This document shows positions 52,790-64,000 of a stretch of 64,000 nt of DNA, in pieces (the stretch's first letter is position 1; every line of letters starts with the position of its first letter). The position numbers and the translations under genes were made by a program. The notes beneath the pieces are model-generated. The model saw nothing but the letters and a program-made list of their open reading frames with translations, ran no database searches and was not told the origin of the DNA. Source of the stretch: Phoronis australis. Its lineage: Eukaryota > Animalia > Phoronida. The stretch spans positions 1-64,000 of the forward strand of contig NMRA01000943.1 of NCBI GenBank assembly GCA_002633005.1. The letters are read 5' to 3'.

Positions 52790-53425
52790 CTCAGCCTCAG
52801 CAGGATTGGGTCTCTTCATGCTGAATACTACTTCTACTAGTAGTACCAGCATTAGTACACCCATTGGATATAGAGTGCTCTGATTTAGTGAACCAGATTC
52901 ACCTAACAGCCTTGTGTGTTACTTCATAATTTACAATTTCTTAATTATTGCAAATATAGAGTATCTTGGCCAGGAAGAGAGGATATTAACTTGACAAAGA
53001 GCTCCAGGAAAGTTTCCTTTACTTTACTATTAGAAGTAGTAACACCAGCAGGGGAGTTTTAATACAGGAGGATGCACCCCATGAACATTAATAGTGCATA
53101 ACAGACGTCCCGACCACGGGTGACATAAGGCCAGGGGCTAGACAGTGCAGACTGGTTTTGACATTCCCTGAATGGCCTGATGCCAGACCGACTTGTTTTA
53201 GAGTGTGTGACCAAACTCAGTTCACTAACAGTAAAAAGGACGAGAGCTCACCGATCTTTCTGCCACGGAATTCATAACTTAGCTTCACAGAGACGGAGGC
53301 ACGTTAAAAGGATCATCTGGGACATCCCATGACAGCTTAGATGCATGCTGAAACTGTCAAAAGAACCACAACAACTCTATACTGTCACATTACACCCGGA
53401 AATTGTACAGTCCTCGACTTCCGTG
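52790..53425 (-). other. Candidate 5' exons of a minus-strand transcript (UTR exon ending at 53252; short exon 52790-52820 encoding MKRPNPAEAE)
   Basis: Donors GTGAGC (53251) and GAG|GTGAGT (52789), acceptor TTCAG before C-ATG, ETS-like CGGAAG at ~53419-53424 and NRF1-like TGCGCATGCG at ~53851. The link to ASS1 is unproven. Confidence 0.35.
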
Positions 53426-53510
53426 TTGATGCAGTCACGTGCTGTGATTACTGCGACACCTATAGCAATAATAAGTTAGTATTCCTCCCAACAGGGCGGG
53501 ACGGTGGACG

Positions 53511-53658
53511 CAGTGGCGGATTTAGAGGGGGACCATGGCCCCCCTAACATTCTCCCACATTCCATTAAGGACTTCGGGGGTGCAAATGTCTGGCGAGCAA
53601 AATACTGGCATATACTCTACCCTGGCCCCCCTAACACAAAATCCTGGATCCGTCCCTG
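53511..53658. mobile_element. MITE-like family B copy
   Basis: CAGTGGCGGATTTAGAGGGG...CAAAATCCTGGATCCGTCCCTG. Confidence 0.6.
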
Positions 53659-54282
53659 GGATGTAGGCGGAATTTCAAGAGAATGCGCTCTGGAGCGATT
53701 GCGTTTGTCATTACTATTAATAGAACACGGGTTGGCTCGTAGTCGGGGCTGGGGGAACAACTAACGTTTACCAGTTTTAATTTTCAAAAGAGTACATGTA
53801 TGCTTTCAAAAGAAATATCATTAAAATAGAACGCTGCAATATTAAAAAAGTGCGCATGCGTCCTCACTAAGTAATCAGTAGCACGCACGCGCCCAAAAAA
53901 TCTGAAAGCAAACGAAACAGAAAAAACGGCCTATTTTAGGCCTATTTTGCGCAGGTCAATACAATTTCCGCGGTAATATATACCTTGTTTTAATACCAAT
54001 ATATACATGCGTATCTATGGCAAATGTGAGTCGAATTTGACAACAAAAACGCCGTGGCCGACGTAACTGAGCTAATTTATTGTTAATTTTCAAAATTAAA
54101 TGACAAAAAGGCAGACGTTGACAGGCTATTTACGCACATATCCGCACTGTAAAGTGGCTCGTATTAACGCATGAGCTTATATTCGAGTAAGACCCTGTGT
54201 TGTCTGAAATGTTTTCTTTCGGATAGGAAGCACGGTTTTCGACTGGCGAGTTCAATGTTATTTAAAGACAAGTCAATTGGTA

Positions 54283-54550
54283 CTGTGGCCCAAAAGTATC
54301 ACGGGTATTGTTGTTAAATATATTTTTTTCAGCAATATTAAAATTATGTCCTCTAGGTTGAAACTATATGTACAACCGGGTGGAAATTAATTCAAATTAT
54401 TTGCGCATGGGTGGACAATAATTTCACCTACACTGTAGTATGTGAATTCATTCTCACCTAGGTGTAAGTTTTTCCACCTTCAGTGTAGGTGAAAAAAGAT
54501 AAATAGAAAAGTTATTTAACCAAAATAGCGATGATACTTTTGGGCCACCG
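54283..54550. mobile_element. Tc1/mariner-type MITE (TA-flanked)
   Basis: TA|CTGTGGCCCAAAAGTATC ... GATACTTTTGGGCCACCG|TA. Confidence 0.7.
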
Positions 54551-57257
54551 TAATTTGGTAATTTAATGACTTGTAAAATTCAGTATAGCGTCAACTATTA
54601 TAGAATACATGGAATTTATTCGGAAGCGTTTCCACGTCATACATAAGTAGTCAAGGCATTACCCGTTTTCACGAAAGACGTCGCTCTAGTCGACTGGCGA
54701 AAATAATAATACACGCTAGTGTTGGGATACGTAGTGAATGGCCATTTCCAGTATAACATTTCTAATTGCCCGCCTTAAAGTTTATGTTTTTTCAAAAATG
54801 TGGCATTCACATATTTTTTAAATTATTGCGCCAGAAATATGAGCTCCCTGAGACGACTTCTGTTGATTTCCATGACGTAGCAAATTTTTGTCAGCCATTT
54901 TCAGGCCTTCTGATTTTTGACGCTGTTTTAGCAGCTTTGAAAATCGATTTCTATTTAGTGTATGGGCCAATTCACATGAAATATTGCATACTTATTTTAT
55001 GGTCTATGGTTGAAGGAACCGTCTTTCGGCTGAGATTTCGGCCTTCAATAATGAAAACTTAGTGACGTCGTTGGATCTTCGAAGGTCGTTATCTTTGTTG
55101 TTTGAAGGTAAAAAATCTGAGACAACATCCCTGCGTATTGATGGTAAGAACAAATAGTTCAAACACGAAATTAGCCGCAGTTCTGTTGTTAAATATTCAT
55201 GTTCAAAACAAAATAACAATTTTCCACAAAAAGGATCACGACCAATTGACAGTTTACTATCATGTAACCTTTTAACCACGAATCCATATTTTTCAGTAAT
55301 TAAGCATTCGTAAATGTTACAGTTATATGATTTAAAAATGAAACGCAAAAATTATCTAATGAAACGTAAAAGGGCTAATCAATGAAGTCGACAATATGAA
55401 CAATAATGTCACTATTATAAATGATAAATATACATCAATAGCCTGCAAAGTTAAAGTCTGGAACAACATTTTTACCTTAATGTTATTTTTTACGCCAAAG
55501 TTACAAAAATACCGGTTATGAGATAAAAATTTATTTTTGCTTTGCGAGTTGACCAAAATCGTATTCTCAATGTTCCTCGTAAAGTCGAGGTAATACATGT
55601 ATTTGTAAGCACTTAACGTCAATCCTTGCCTCGTGCTATGTTTCATAAAATGTCGGAGCAGCTGAAGTTCAATTAGATTTAGGTAGATTTTAGCTATCAC
55701 TTATATTTTGTCAGCTCAAATCTTTTCTCGAGTGTCAAAAAACTTTAGAAGCTGGACTCTGACGTGTGTCTAAATGAACATACATGTACAGTACAGGATA
55801 AAAATGTTTCATCGATTGATTTCACGGTGACAACATACAAGATAATACATTTCGTTGCTCTCACCACAAAAACAGAATCGAAAATAGATAACAAGTCGTT
55901 GAATACACAGATGTCCTATATATACACATATGCACAAACGTTTCGTTTTAACTGAGTCAAAACATTATCATCGACCAGTGGAAAAAATCCCACAAGTGAG
56001 TGTAAATATTAACGTACTGTAGATGCATGGTAATATCCATCGCTTAATCAACCCATGGTCAGTGATTGTGTTTATTGTAAGCATGACATGTAAACAATAC
56101 GTTATCTACAGTCAGTGCCTTGGCCTTAAAACTAATGTGTTAACTATATTTCAGTTAGTAATTGCTTTGGCCTAAAACCAAATTGTTGGCAGTTCAACTC
56201 TTGACCAATTCCTCTGTCCTTCCTTGGTCGGAGTTGCTCTCTTGAGTTGCACTCTGTACATGCGTGTTTGTTTAGGCATATAAATAAACGTGTTCAACGT
56301 GATTCACAATTTATTGATCTAGTCCAAAAATATATCCTACTATACCCTTGATTTGATTTGAAACTTTGTTCAGAATTGGATTGCCTTCAGGAAATGTTTT
56401 ACAATTTTTTTCATTAAACACACCTCTTGCTCTCTTCTTTTCCAGTTTAATTTTCGGTAACATATGACACTGGAACACAGTCCACACGATAAAACGAATG
56501 CAATCGTTGTACAAGTATAATCAAACAACTAATAATGAACAAAAAGGCACGATCTCGAGCTTTACATACAGTAGGTGACTACACGAGGTACATGTACTTG
56601 ACTGCAACACGTTTTCATTGGACAACACAGTGTATGCAAACAAGCTAGACTGTACAAACGCCATGCAGGCTTTCTTAGAGACTGGGTCACATTAAGATGA
56701 TACTAAACTAGAGTCTTCATCAAAATGGACCTATTTTAACATTTCCCCTATTTTAGTCTTCACATTTTATCTGTTAACAAACGATTCTTTCTACAAAGAG
56801 AACCAATGCGCTATGACCGCTATCAACCCTCAAAAGTAAGCAGGAAGTCTGAAGACCCTAGTCTACGAAGTTACTTTGGTATATGTCCGCAATGAGTGTG
56901 CCACAGCTGAGGGTGACCGTGGCAGGCTTTTGCCACGGAAGGAAAAAAATCATGCCTAAGTAGGTGACAGAGCCTAGGCTGTGTGCTGTAGACGCAATAC
57001 TGTACACTTGCAATTAATGAGCAAGGTCACGCAAGTCTTCGCAAAATTTCGAGATACATTTCGAGCGAAACACGTGTCACACTTATTGCTTTGCTCGCGA
57101 GAGTCTTGCGTCTATGGAATTTTCACCGGTTTGGGTGAAATCAGTAAATTAGGGTTTAGTTGTATTTATAATAGATCATAAAATAGTTTTTATCCTAAAT
57201 TATTATGTACATAAATGTTACTGAACGATTGTAAGAGCTGGTTGACTTGTATACAAG

Positions 57258-60200
57258 CTAATTCCCATGAAGCTCACAGGTACGTGTATTTTGCCTTGCA
57301 AGAAACTTGTGACATCTTTGCATCTTTGAACAAGCAAAAGCGCACTGCGATTGGGTTGACGTGACTTTTTGAATCAACGATGACGTAGGAAGAACTCCAG
57401 TTCGCAAGAAAGTGAAAAATCCGCAGGTGCCGTCCGAGTTGAAGATTTTGCGGTAAATTCTTCCGAAATTCCCAAAAGCAGCTTGAGTCGTTTGCTCTAC
57501 GCTGGGCGACGTCGAACTCAGTGTTGTCTGCTCAGTTGGGACAGTCTGCACGCCCAGTGTTACCGGGTCAGCTGCAATAGTCTGAACGCTCACTGTTACC
57601 GGGTCAGCTGGGATTGTCGAAATGGTCGTAGGTACCGGGTCTCCAGCAGTTTCTTCATTCTTTGCATTGGCTAAATAAATACAAGAGAAAATCTGATAAT
57701 TAAACCGTAAATGAGACGAATAGTGTGGAGGACCGAGGATATATAGTGATATGATGATGAACGATGAACATGATGACGAAGAAGGCGGTGGTGGTGGTGA
57801 TGATGATGGTGGTGGTGATGAAGGTGATGATAATCACGATGACGGTGACTCCAAATGATGATGATGTTGATGACTACCATCATGATGGTGATGATGTTTA
57901 TGGTAATAATGACGACGACCAAAATCTTGGCAACAACGTTTTGTGTAGCAATGTCAATTAATAACGAAGAATGATGTTACGGCACAGTCACATAAAAGTC
58001 AGACGTCGATTCGATGATTCTGCTGCCTGCCGGAGTCAAGAACCACTAATCGCTGCAGATGAGACAATAAAAATGGTGCTATCGGCCGATCATTGCCCGT
58101 TACGTGGATAATGTAGTGAGGATTGGTGACGACGATTACAATGATGCTGATGACGTCAATGAGTAAGAATAATGGACAATGACAATGACAAATAAAATGA
58201 CGATATTGGTGATAACGAAGATAATAATAACAGCAACACCAGCAGCGAAAACAACAGCAACAACGACGATAAATTAATAACAACAAAAAAGTAAAAACAA
58301 CAATAACAATAACAATATCGATAATAACAGTGATAATAATAATGAAATAAATGATGATGATGATGGTGGTGGTGGTGATGGTGGTGATGGTGATGGTGGT
58401 GATGGTGATGGTGGTGATGGNTGATGGTTGTTATGTTGATGATGAAGATGATGATGATGGTGATAATGATGATGATGATGATGACGTCAATGAATATGAA
58501 TAATGGACGATAAAGTAATAATAACAAAAAAGTAAAAACAACAATAACAATATCGATAATAACAATGATAATAATAATAATAATAATGAAATAAATGATG
58601 ATGATAATGGTGGTGGTGATGATGATGGTGGTGATGGTTATTATGTTGATGATGAAGATGATGATGATAATGGTGGTGGTGATGGTGATGATATTTTTGG
58701 TAGACGTGATCTTGGATTACAAACTCCAAAACAGTGAATCTCAGACAGATTTTCATAGTTAACATAAAAATGACGAGAAACCAAGAAATTCGCGCGAAAA
58801 TGTTCATAGCTGCGGAAGTTCATGCATAAACATGAGGCATGGGAATGTTCCCCTTCTTTATGTCTTTGTGATCAGTAATGATTTTAACAAACAGTTTCAT
58901 GCGTTAAAACGTAGCATTTTTGACGAAATGGGGATCAACGAAAAGATATACCTACAGTTCTCGGTCGTGGTCTGATGCTCTGCTGGGTAGCTACATGTAC
59001 ATATACGTCTGGCGTAATCCCACTTTTGTAATAAATGACACAGGTTATTTCAAACACGCTTACCATTAATCCACCTGCTTTAGTTTCAACGAAGGTCTGG
59101 AAGATTACAACGTGAATTGGCGACTTAAAACTAAAGCACAAAACACTTTGCTGTTTTGCAGGTCTATAGTCAAAACTGACAACTTCAGAAAATTTATACT
59201 ATCAACAATGACTCCAAGAATGCGCTTTTCCTACACAAATCGAATAAAGTCCTATGGTGACAAAAATAACTTACCAAAAGGGTCATGTTCTCCACTGCAT
59301 ACTTTTACATAAGCATTCATGCTCAAAGAAGTCTTCAAAGTTAATGGCCAGTCCTTGTATATATAGCAATTGCCATTCTGTGAGCCCGTCTCCCACTGTA
59401 CCAGTTTACAGCTGGGGTCGTCTATGCATGTCTGCCGGCAGCTATTTTCGTTCTGAATACCTATTAATTAAAGATCAAAAAACTGCGATTAGTCGAGAGA
59501 AGCTTAAGTTGAGAGAAGAATAATATCACTAGAGATTGATCTCGGAGGGGGCTCTCTAAAATCTGAGATAACCCATCCCGTATCAGACTCGTTGAAACGA
59601 CGTTAAAACACGCTGGCCGCTTAAATTTGTTGGACTCCAGTCTGGTGAAAAAGACAGTTAAAGTTCAAAATAAACGAGACTCTTTTTATACAGTTTTTCA
59701 TGCGGGGTAACTTATGCAGTTGTTCATGCGGCCTGGTAACTTATGCAGTTGTTCATGCCGGGTAACTTATGCAGTTGTTCATGCGGGGCCAACCTTCAAT
59801 CCGTCATTCATGGAATTGAAACCAGCGTAATATGCACGTGCATAAATATTGCCACACAAGGCAAGAATAAAAGTTTTCAGAACAAAAAAGAGGAACTGTT
59901 CCCAGCACAGCCTGGCGTGTACATGTACATTGAAGTGAAATTATAGTTGACCTCTGAGAGAAAGTGCACGGGTCTACTAGATAAATGGTTGAAGCAAATT
60001 AACAAAACTGTGCTTGGTCTCAGCTGGCAACCATAAGTGAATGGGGTTTAAAAAACTAAATTACCTCTCGAGGGTCCTGTAGGTTTTGTTATGTGGTTTT
60101 TGTAGCACACTAAAGAACAGCCATTTCTTCCTGAAAGCAAGAAATTCACAGTAACGTTTTATAGAACCATCTTTAAATATATTTTGAGCTTATCGCAGTA

Positions 60201-60639
60201 ATTGCCAACGGCCACGTATGACGCAAATATGCTCAATATACATTGGGTGATTCAAGAAGACATCCTCTAGTGAGCCTTCTCCAAGATGATCGATGACCGT
60301 CGGGTATGCCGTTAGTATTTTGCGATTCCTCCTTTGGATATTGTAGACCTCCCTTTCCGCTTGCGTGGATTGATATAATGATTTCAACAAAGACAATTGT
60401 GATATTAAATGTAGGCTAAAGATTGGATGACCTAATTACGCAGTGGATGATAAACTTTAACACCACAGTGTATTAGCTCATCTATAGCGTCTCTTCTTGT
60501 AGATATTCCGTCTTTCGTTTCAAAGTGAAAACGTACCTGCCACAGGACAGCAATTGGCGGCATGTTCTGCCAAGAATATTGAGCCACAAATCAGTGCGAC
60601 GACATTTACGTCTACACGTCTGACCAGTCGAGCTGACAT
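57258..60639 (-). CDS. Putative secreted protein: signal peptide, PAN/apple-like domain, Thr/Pro-rich stalk, second PAN/apple-like domain
   Basis: Three phase-1-linked exons: 60537-60639 (MSARLVRRVDVNVVALICGSIFLAEHAANCCPVA, GTACGT donor); 59275-59460 (SCRQTCIDDPSCKLVQWETGSQNGNCYIY...YVKVC, GTAAGT donor); 57258-57670 (11-aa ADPVT repeats, then SQCAFACSKMQRCHKFLARQNTRTCELH, TAG). The C-x3-C-x5-C...C spacing is typical of PAN/apple domains. Small extra exons may have been missed. Confidence 0.7.
57740..58692. repeat. Compound trinucleotide microsatellite (GAT/GGT/AAT/AAC)n in an intron of the PAN gene
   Basis: Long GAT/GGT and AAT/AAC tracts. A ~300 bp block is duplicated across the single N at 58421. 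Confidence 0.9.
59700..59788. repeat. Minisatellite ~26 bp x3
   Basis: GGTAACTTATGCAGTTGTTCATGC(G/C)G repeated. Confidence 0.85.
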
Positions 60640-60969
60640 GCTTTTCCTTCAGGGCAGAGGGCGCTATTTCTGCAATCAAAATTAATTATTTTGCGTGATC
60701 TTGAAACACACATTTGTGAATGCGATTTAATCTATTACCCTGCAACTAGAAGTCGTCTGGGTCAGAATAGTTACTGGAAAGGGATTTCTCAACTTCCAAC
60801 CATTGGCTAAACTTTAGGACGTCAACTTCGTTTTTCATGCAGTCAAACCGTGGAACCGGTCATCATTTGACATCATGCCCAAAGCGAAACTGCTATTCTG
60901 TGTCACGTGCTAGCGCTGACTAAGGTACATGTGGCAGTGGGGGGTTCTGGAACACCTCGGGTACTTCAT

Positions 60970-61241
60970 GGGAGCACCCGGGGGGAGGGGCTCGGGGGAC
61001 TCGAACGAGCCTCTCCCCCCAAACCAATTTGGCGAATTAGGCAAAAGTTCCACCTCAGTGAAACAAAAAGTCCGAGTAAATGAGACTAAATTCCACAAAG
61101 TCCACAGGAATTCAGTGCGCCTTGCGCGATTGGCAGGCTTGAACCTAGTGACCCCGTTTTTTTTAGTCCTCGTTGAGTTTTTTCAGTGAAACGTCCACAT
61201 ATCGAAGGATTCGAGCCCCCTGTATTTTAGGCTGGGTGCGC
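60970..61241. mobile_element. MITE-like family A copy (inverted relative to 2737-2970)
   Basis: Reverse-complement similarity to 2737-2970; ends ...TTCGAGCCCCC...AGGCTGGGTGCGC. Confidence 0.65.
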
Positions 61242-63455
61242 ATGTACTTTCGCAGCTTTAAGATAATCTGAGGCAACAGAAATATCCGAATTGTTCCAGA
61301 TGCGTAAACCGAGTCGTGTTGCCCCACCCTTTACTTCGGCACTGACAAAATCTCATTTAGTTTTCACCACATTCAGTGACGTCGTGACGGAGAACAGTGC
61401 TGTTGCGCCCGTACGCTAGCTAACAGAGTGGAGAACAGCCAATGCGCCGTCAAACCATCCACAGGCAAAAATAAAAAGATAACGTAATTATAGGTGGTCG
61501 AGGAAGACTTTCTTTAGTGATAGGGTAAAGAAAATGTGAACTCACCCCCAGGCGGTCGACACTAGTTTCACCCATGTCAGCCCCAGTCCTTACCCGTTTA
61601 TATTGCCCTGACGCCCTTGTATCCCCGGTGGTCACGAAGTTTCGGCTTCTCTTGAGCTTTTTTAAATCAATGGTACACAAGTCTAGGATATTTTTTTCTG
61701 GTCGCTTAATTTAGTGGGAGGGTACCAACCCCATTCCACGATAGGGGTCGCTCGCCCCCTGCCCCGCCTTCATACTTCTTTGAGTAAAACATAGGTAAAA
61801 CAAGCCAAGTTATTGGTCAGGAGATTTTGGACTAAATGGCGTCCGCTTACAGCGTCACTGGTCAGTCTTTCGGAATAGCACTGACATTGGAGTTAAAAGT
61901 TATCGATAAATATCACAACTCTTATAATTCATTATCTTTTCTGAAGGTTCGAACAGGAAATCAAAATGCAAAACGCTAAAACTTGGATAATTGTTTCGTT
62001 TAACCCCACTTCACACTGTTTCTTACCTTAAGCTACATTTTGCCGTGTTTAGCTGGCTAAAAATAATAATTAGTCTCACAGTATTCAGTCTTTAGCATGA
62101 CCGCATTCCACCTCCGTTACCGACTCAAATCCCAACGAGGCAAAATGCGTGCACATGTAAATGAAGTTCAAACCCAATAAACTTTGAAGCGTTTTCTTGA
62201 GCAGATGGTTTCGATGTTCTTGTCGGTAACAGAGAAAGGATCCTATCCCAGTAAATTTATGAGACCGATTTTATGAGAGCTTTTGTCCATTTCAATTATC
62301 CTTCTTGGCCAGAAAATTTGTGCGATATGTACTGTAACTTTAAGCAGACGTCTCAGTAAACCTGACCCTTTAAGAAAAAAAAATGTTCAAACTCGTTATC
62401 TCTTCTGAAAGAGCGCTCATCAATAAATCTTTAAAAATCTAAAATCTGGATTGTTTCCCTACCGCTTGAGATGCTTCAAAGTCTGTTTTCATGTAAGAAG
62501 ACGTGGCAGGCATCTGTATTGTAACAGTTTAGAGTAGAATATTCAGGCAAGCTGTCTAGCCGAAGGTAAGTAGAAACAATCATCGACTCTGTTCTTTTTA
62601 TTTTTTATCCCACGCCGTTGAATCTGTCGGGGGAAATACGGTCAGGAAATAAAGTTTTCCGCATTCACCTCCCGCACTAATTTAACAGAGACCTCTGACA
62701 TGGAAAGTTCACTGAAAAGGTAGGTCAATGTCGACTCGACGTCTTCTGACCCGGTTCGATCATCAAACTTTCCGAATATAGTTTAAAGTAACACAGTTGC
62801 AACAGTGTAACTAACAATCGACATGCAACCAGGCCCTAAACTTAAAATCTGGAACAAAACTGTTAATTATAAGACACTTATGTCTCAGTTCTCAATTGCT
62901 GAATAGTACATGTATATCATGTGCAAATCAGGCGCCGATTCCTAGGAAATTAAAAAATTAAATATTGTTGTTTTGTAACTATTTCCAGAGGATGTTACAA
63001 GTTCACTGCTCAGTTGCCGTTGTTTTCATCTTTGCTACCTCTTTTCATGAAATAAATCGTTACTTTCTAAAACTGTCACTTTTACAAGAGAAAACTTGCA
63101 ACTTAACGAGCAAGGACATACATACATGTATAGGATGTGATCCGCCATGTGAACCGCCTGGATGAAGTATTTGAAAAATCTGCCAAAAATGCAAGAAACT
63201 TAGGGATTCGAAGCGCATGGGATAAATACAAAACGTACCTCGATTGGCGTACATGAAGTAATATCCCACTCGACCTTATTCCGCGGAATAATGTCTCGTG
63301 GTATATTTATTTACTTCTCGGTACGTTATGTGTATTTCTTATGCGACAGCTAAAACTAAGACTTCAAACCTATTTTTTATATTTCTATTTTTTTATACAT
63401 TTATTGGCAATGAGAAAAACATTACAATATCACAAAAAGACAAAGAACATCGCAG

Positions 63456-63497
63456 ACACACACACATACACACACGCGCGCGCGCGCGCGCGCATAC
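63456..63497. repeat. (CA)n-(CG)n alternating purine-pyrimidine tract
   Basis: ACACACACACATACACACACGCGCGCGCGCGCGCGCGCATAC. Confidence 0.85.
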
Positions 63498-64000
63498 CCA
63501 TAACTAATCCTCTTGACTGCTAAGAAAAACCGTTTCATAGTTTTTTCTTTTTTCATGAAAGAAACTCGAAAAATCGAAATACAACAAGAAGAAACAAAAA
63601 TAAGAACTTACTTTTTAGGAAAAAGAAAAGTTTACTTCAACCGAGCGGGGACTTCAGTTAATAGTGAAATATAAAGCACACGAAACAGACATCGTGCCAA
63701 GAAACTGATCCGCTTTCACAAGGCTATAAAACAGTAATTTAGTCCAAAGTGGTTTGTCAGTACCGGTGTTTAAATTTCAAACTTTTGCCAAAGTTTGTTT
63801 GCGTATGGAACTGTAACAAAAAACGTATTCGGCGATCTCCATTTTGTTTCATTTTGCAGATTTTTATAGGCAAAGATTATAATACAAAATATTACAACTC
63901 AAACAAATATGTAAAATTGCCCGAAGCAAACTAATTGCAGCTTTTAAATTTGCACCACTACTCGAATGAAAATCAAAGTTCCCACAAAAACTGGGATGGC

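Noticed and set aside
57671-58823. Poly-His/Tyr/Ile ORFs that look like His-rich metal-binding proteins
   Set aside because: They are translations of a compound trinucleotide microsatellite inside an intron and are open in several frames.
60065-60076. 12-nt phase-1 microexon (and a 39-nt candidate at ~58951-58989) for the PAN gene
   Set aside because: Weak polypyrimidine tracts; cannot be supported without RNA data.

Overview
Eukaryotic (metazoan, probably marine invertebrate) AT-rich genomic DNA from a draft assembly with three N-gaps and several single-N joins. There is no prokaryotic operon, CRISPR array or rRNA. I could rebuild three spliced genes by hand from GT-AG sites and intron phase. 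(1) An 8-exon TRUB2-like mitochondrial pseudouridine synthase (+, 26975-38077) whose catalytic Asp position is Lys. (2) A convergent argininosuccinate synthase (ASS1) on the minus strand (nine exons, 39034-48393); its ~100 N-terminal residues are not found in the window and several normally invariant residues are substituted. (3) A secreted protein with two PAN/apple-like domains and a Thr-rich stalk (-, 57258-60639). Mobile DNA includes a 5.1 kb Academ DNA transposon (TAG...CTA termini, TGA TSD, decayed transposase/XPG-like/Cys8 ORF), a 5'-truncated L1/Tx1-type LINE with poly(A) and a 13-14 bp TSD, a 3.6 kb TA-flanked non-autonomous TIR element, many MITEs and Helentron/HINE-like repeats. The least explained signals are: an old ~1.85 kb tandem duplication that keeps TATA-like/AP-1 promoters, short ATG exons and identical NF-kB sites (18.2-21.6 kb); a roughly ten-fold excess of the palindrome TACATGTA; and CTCF-like motifs arrayed in HINE-like repeats. 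All homology calls come from recalled family motifs, not from database searches.
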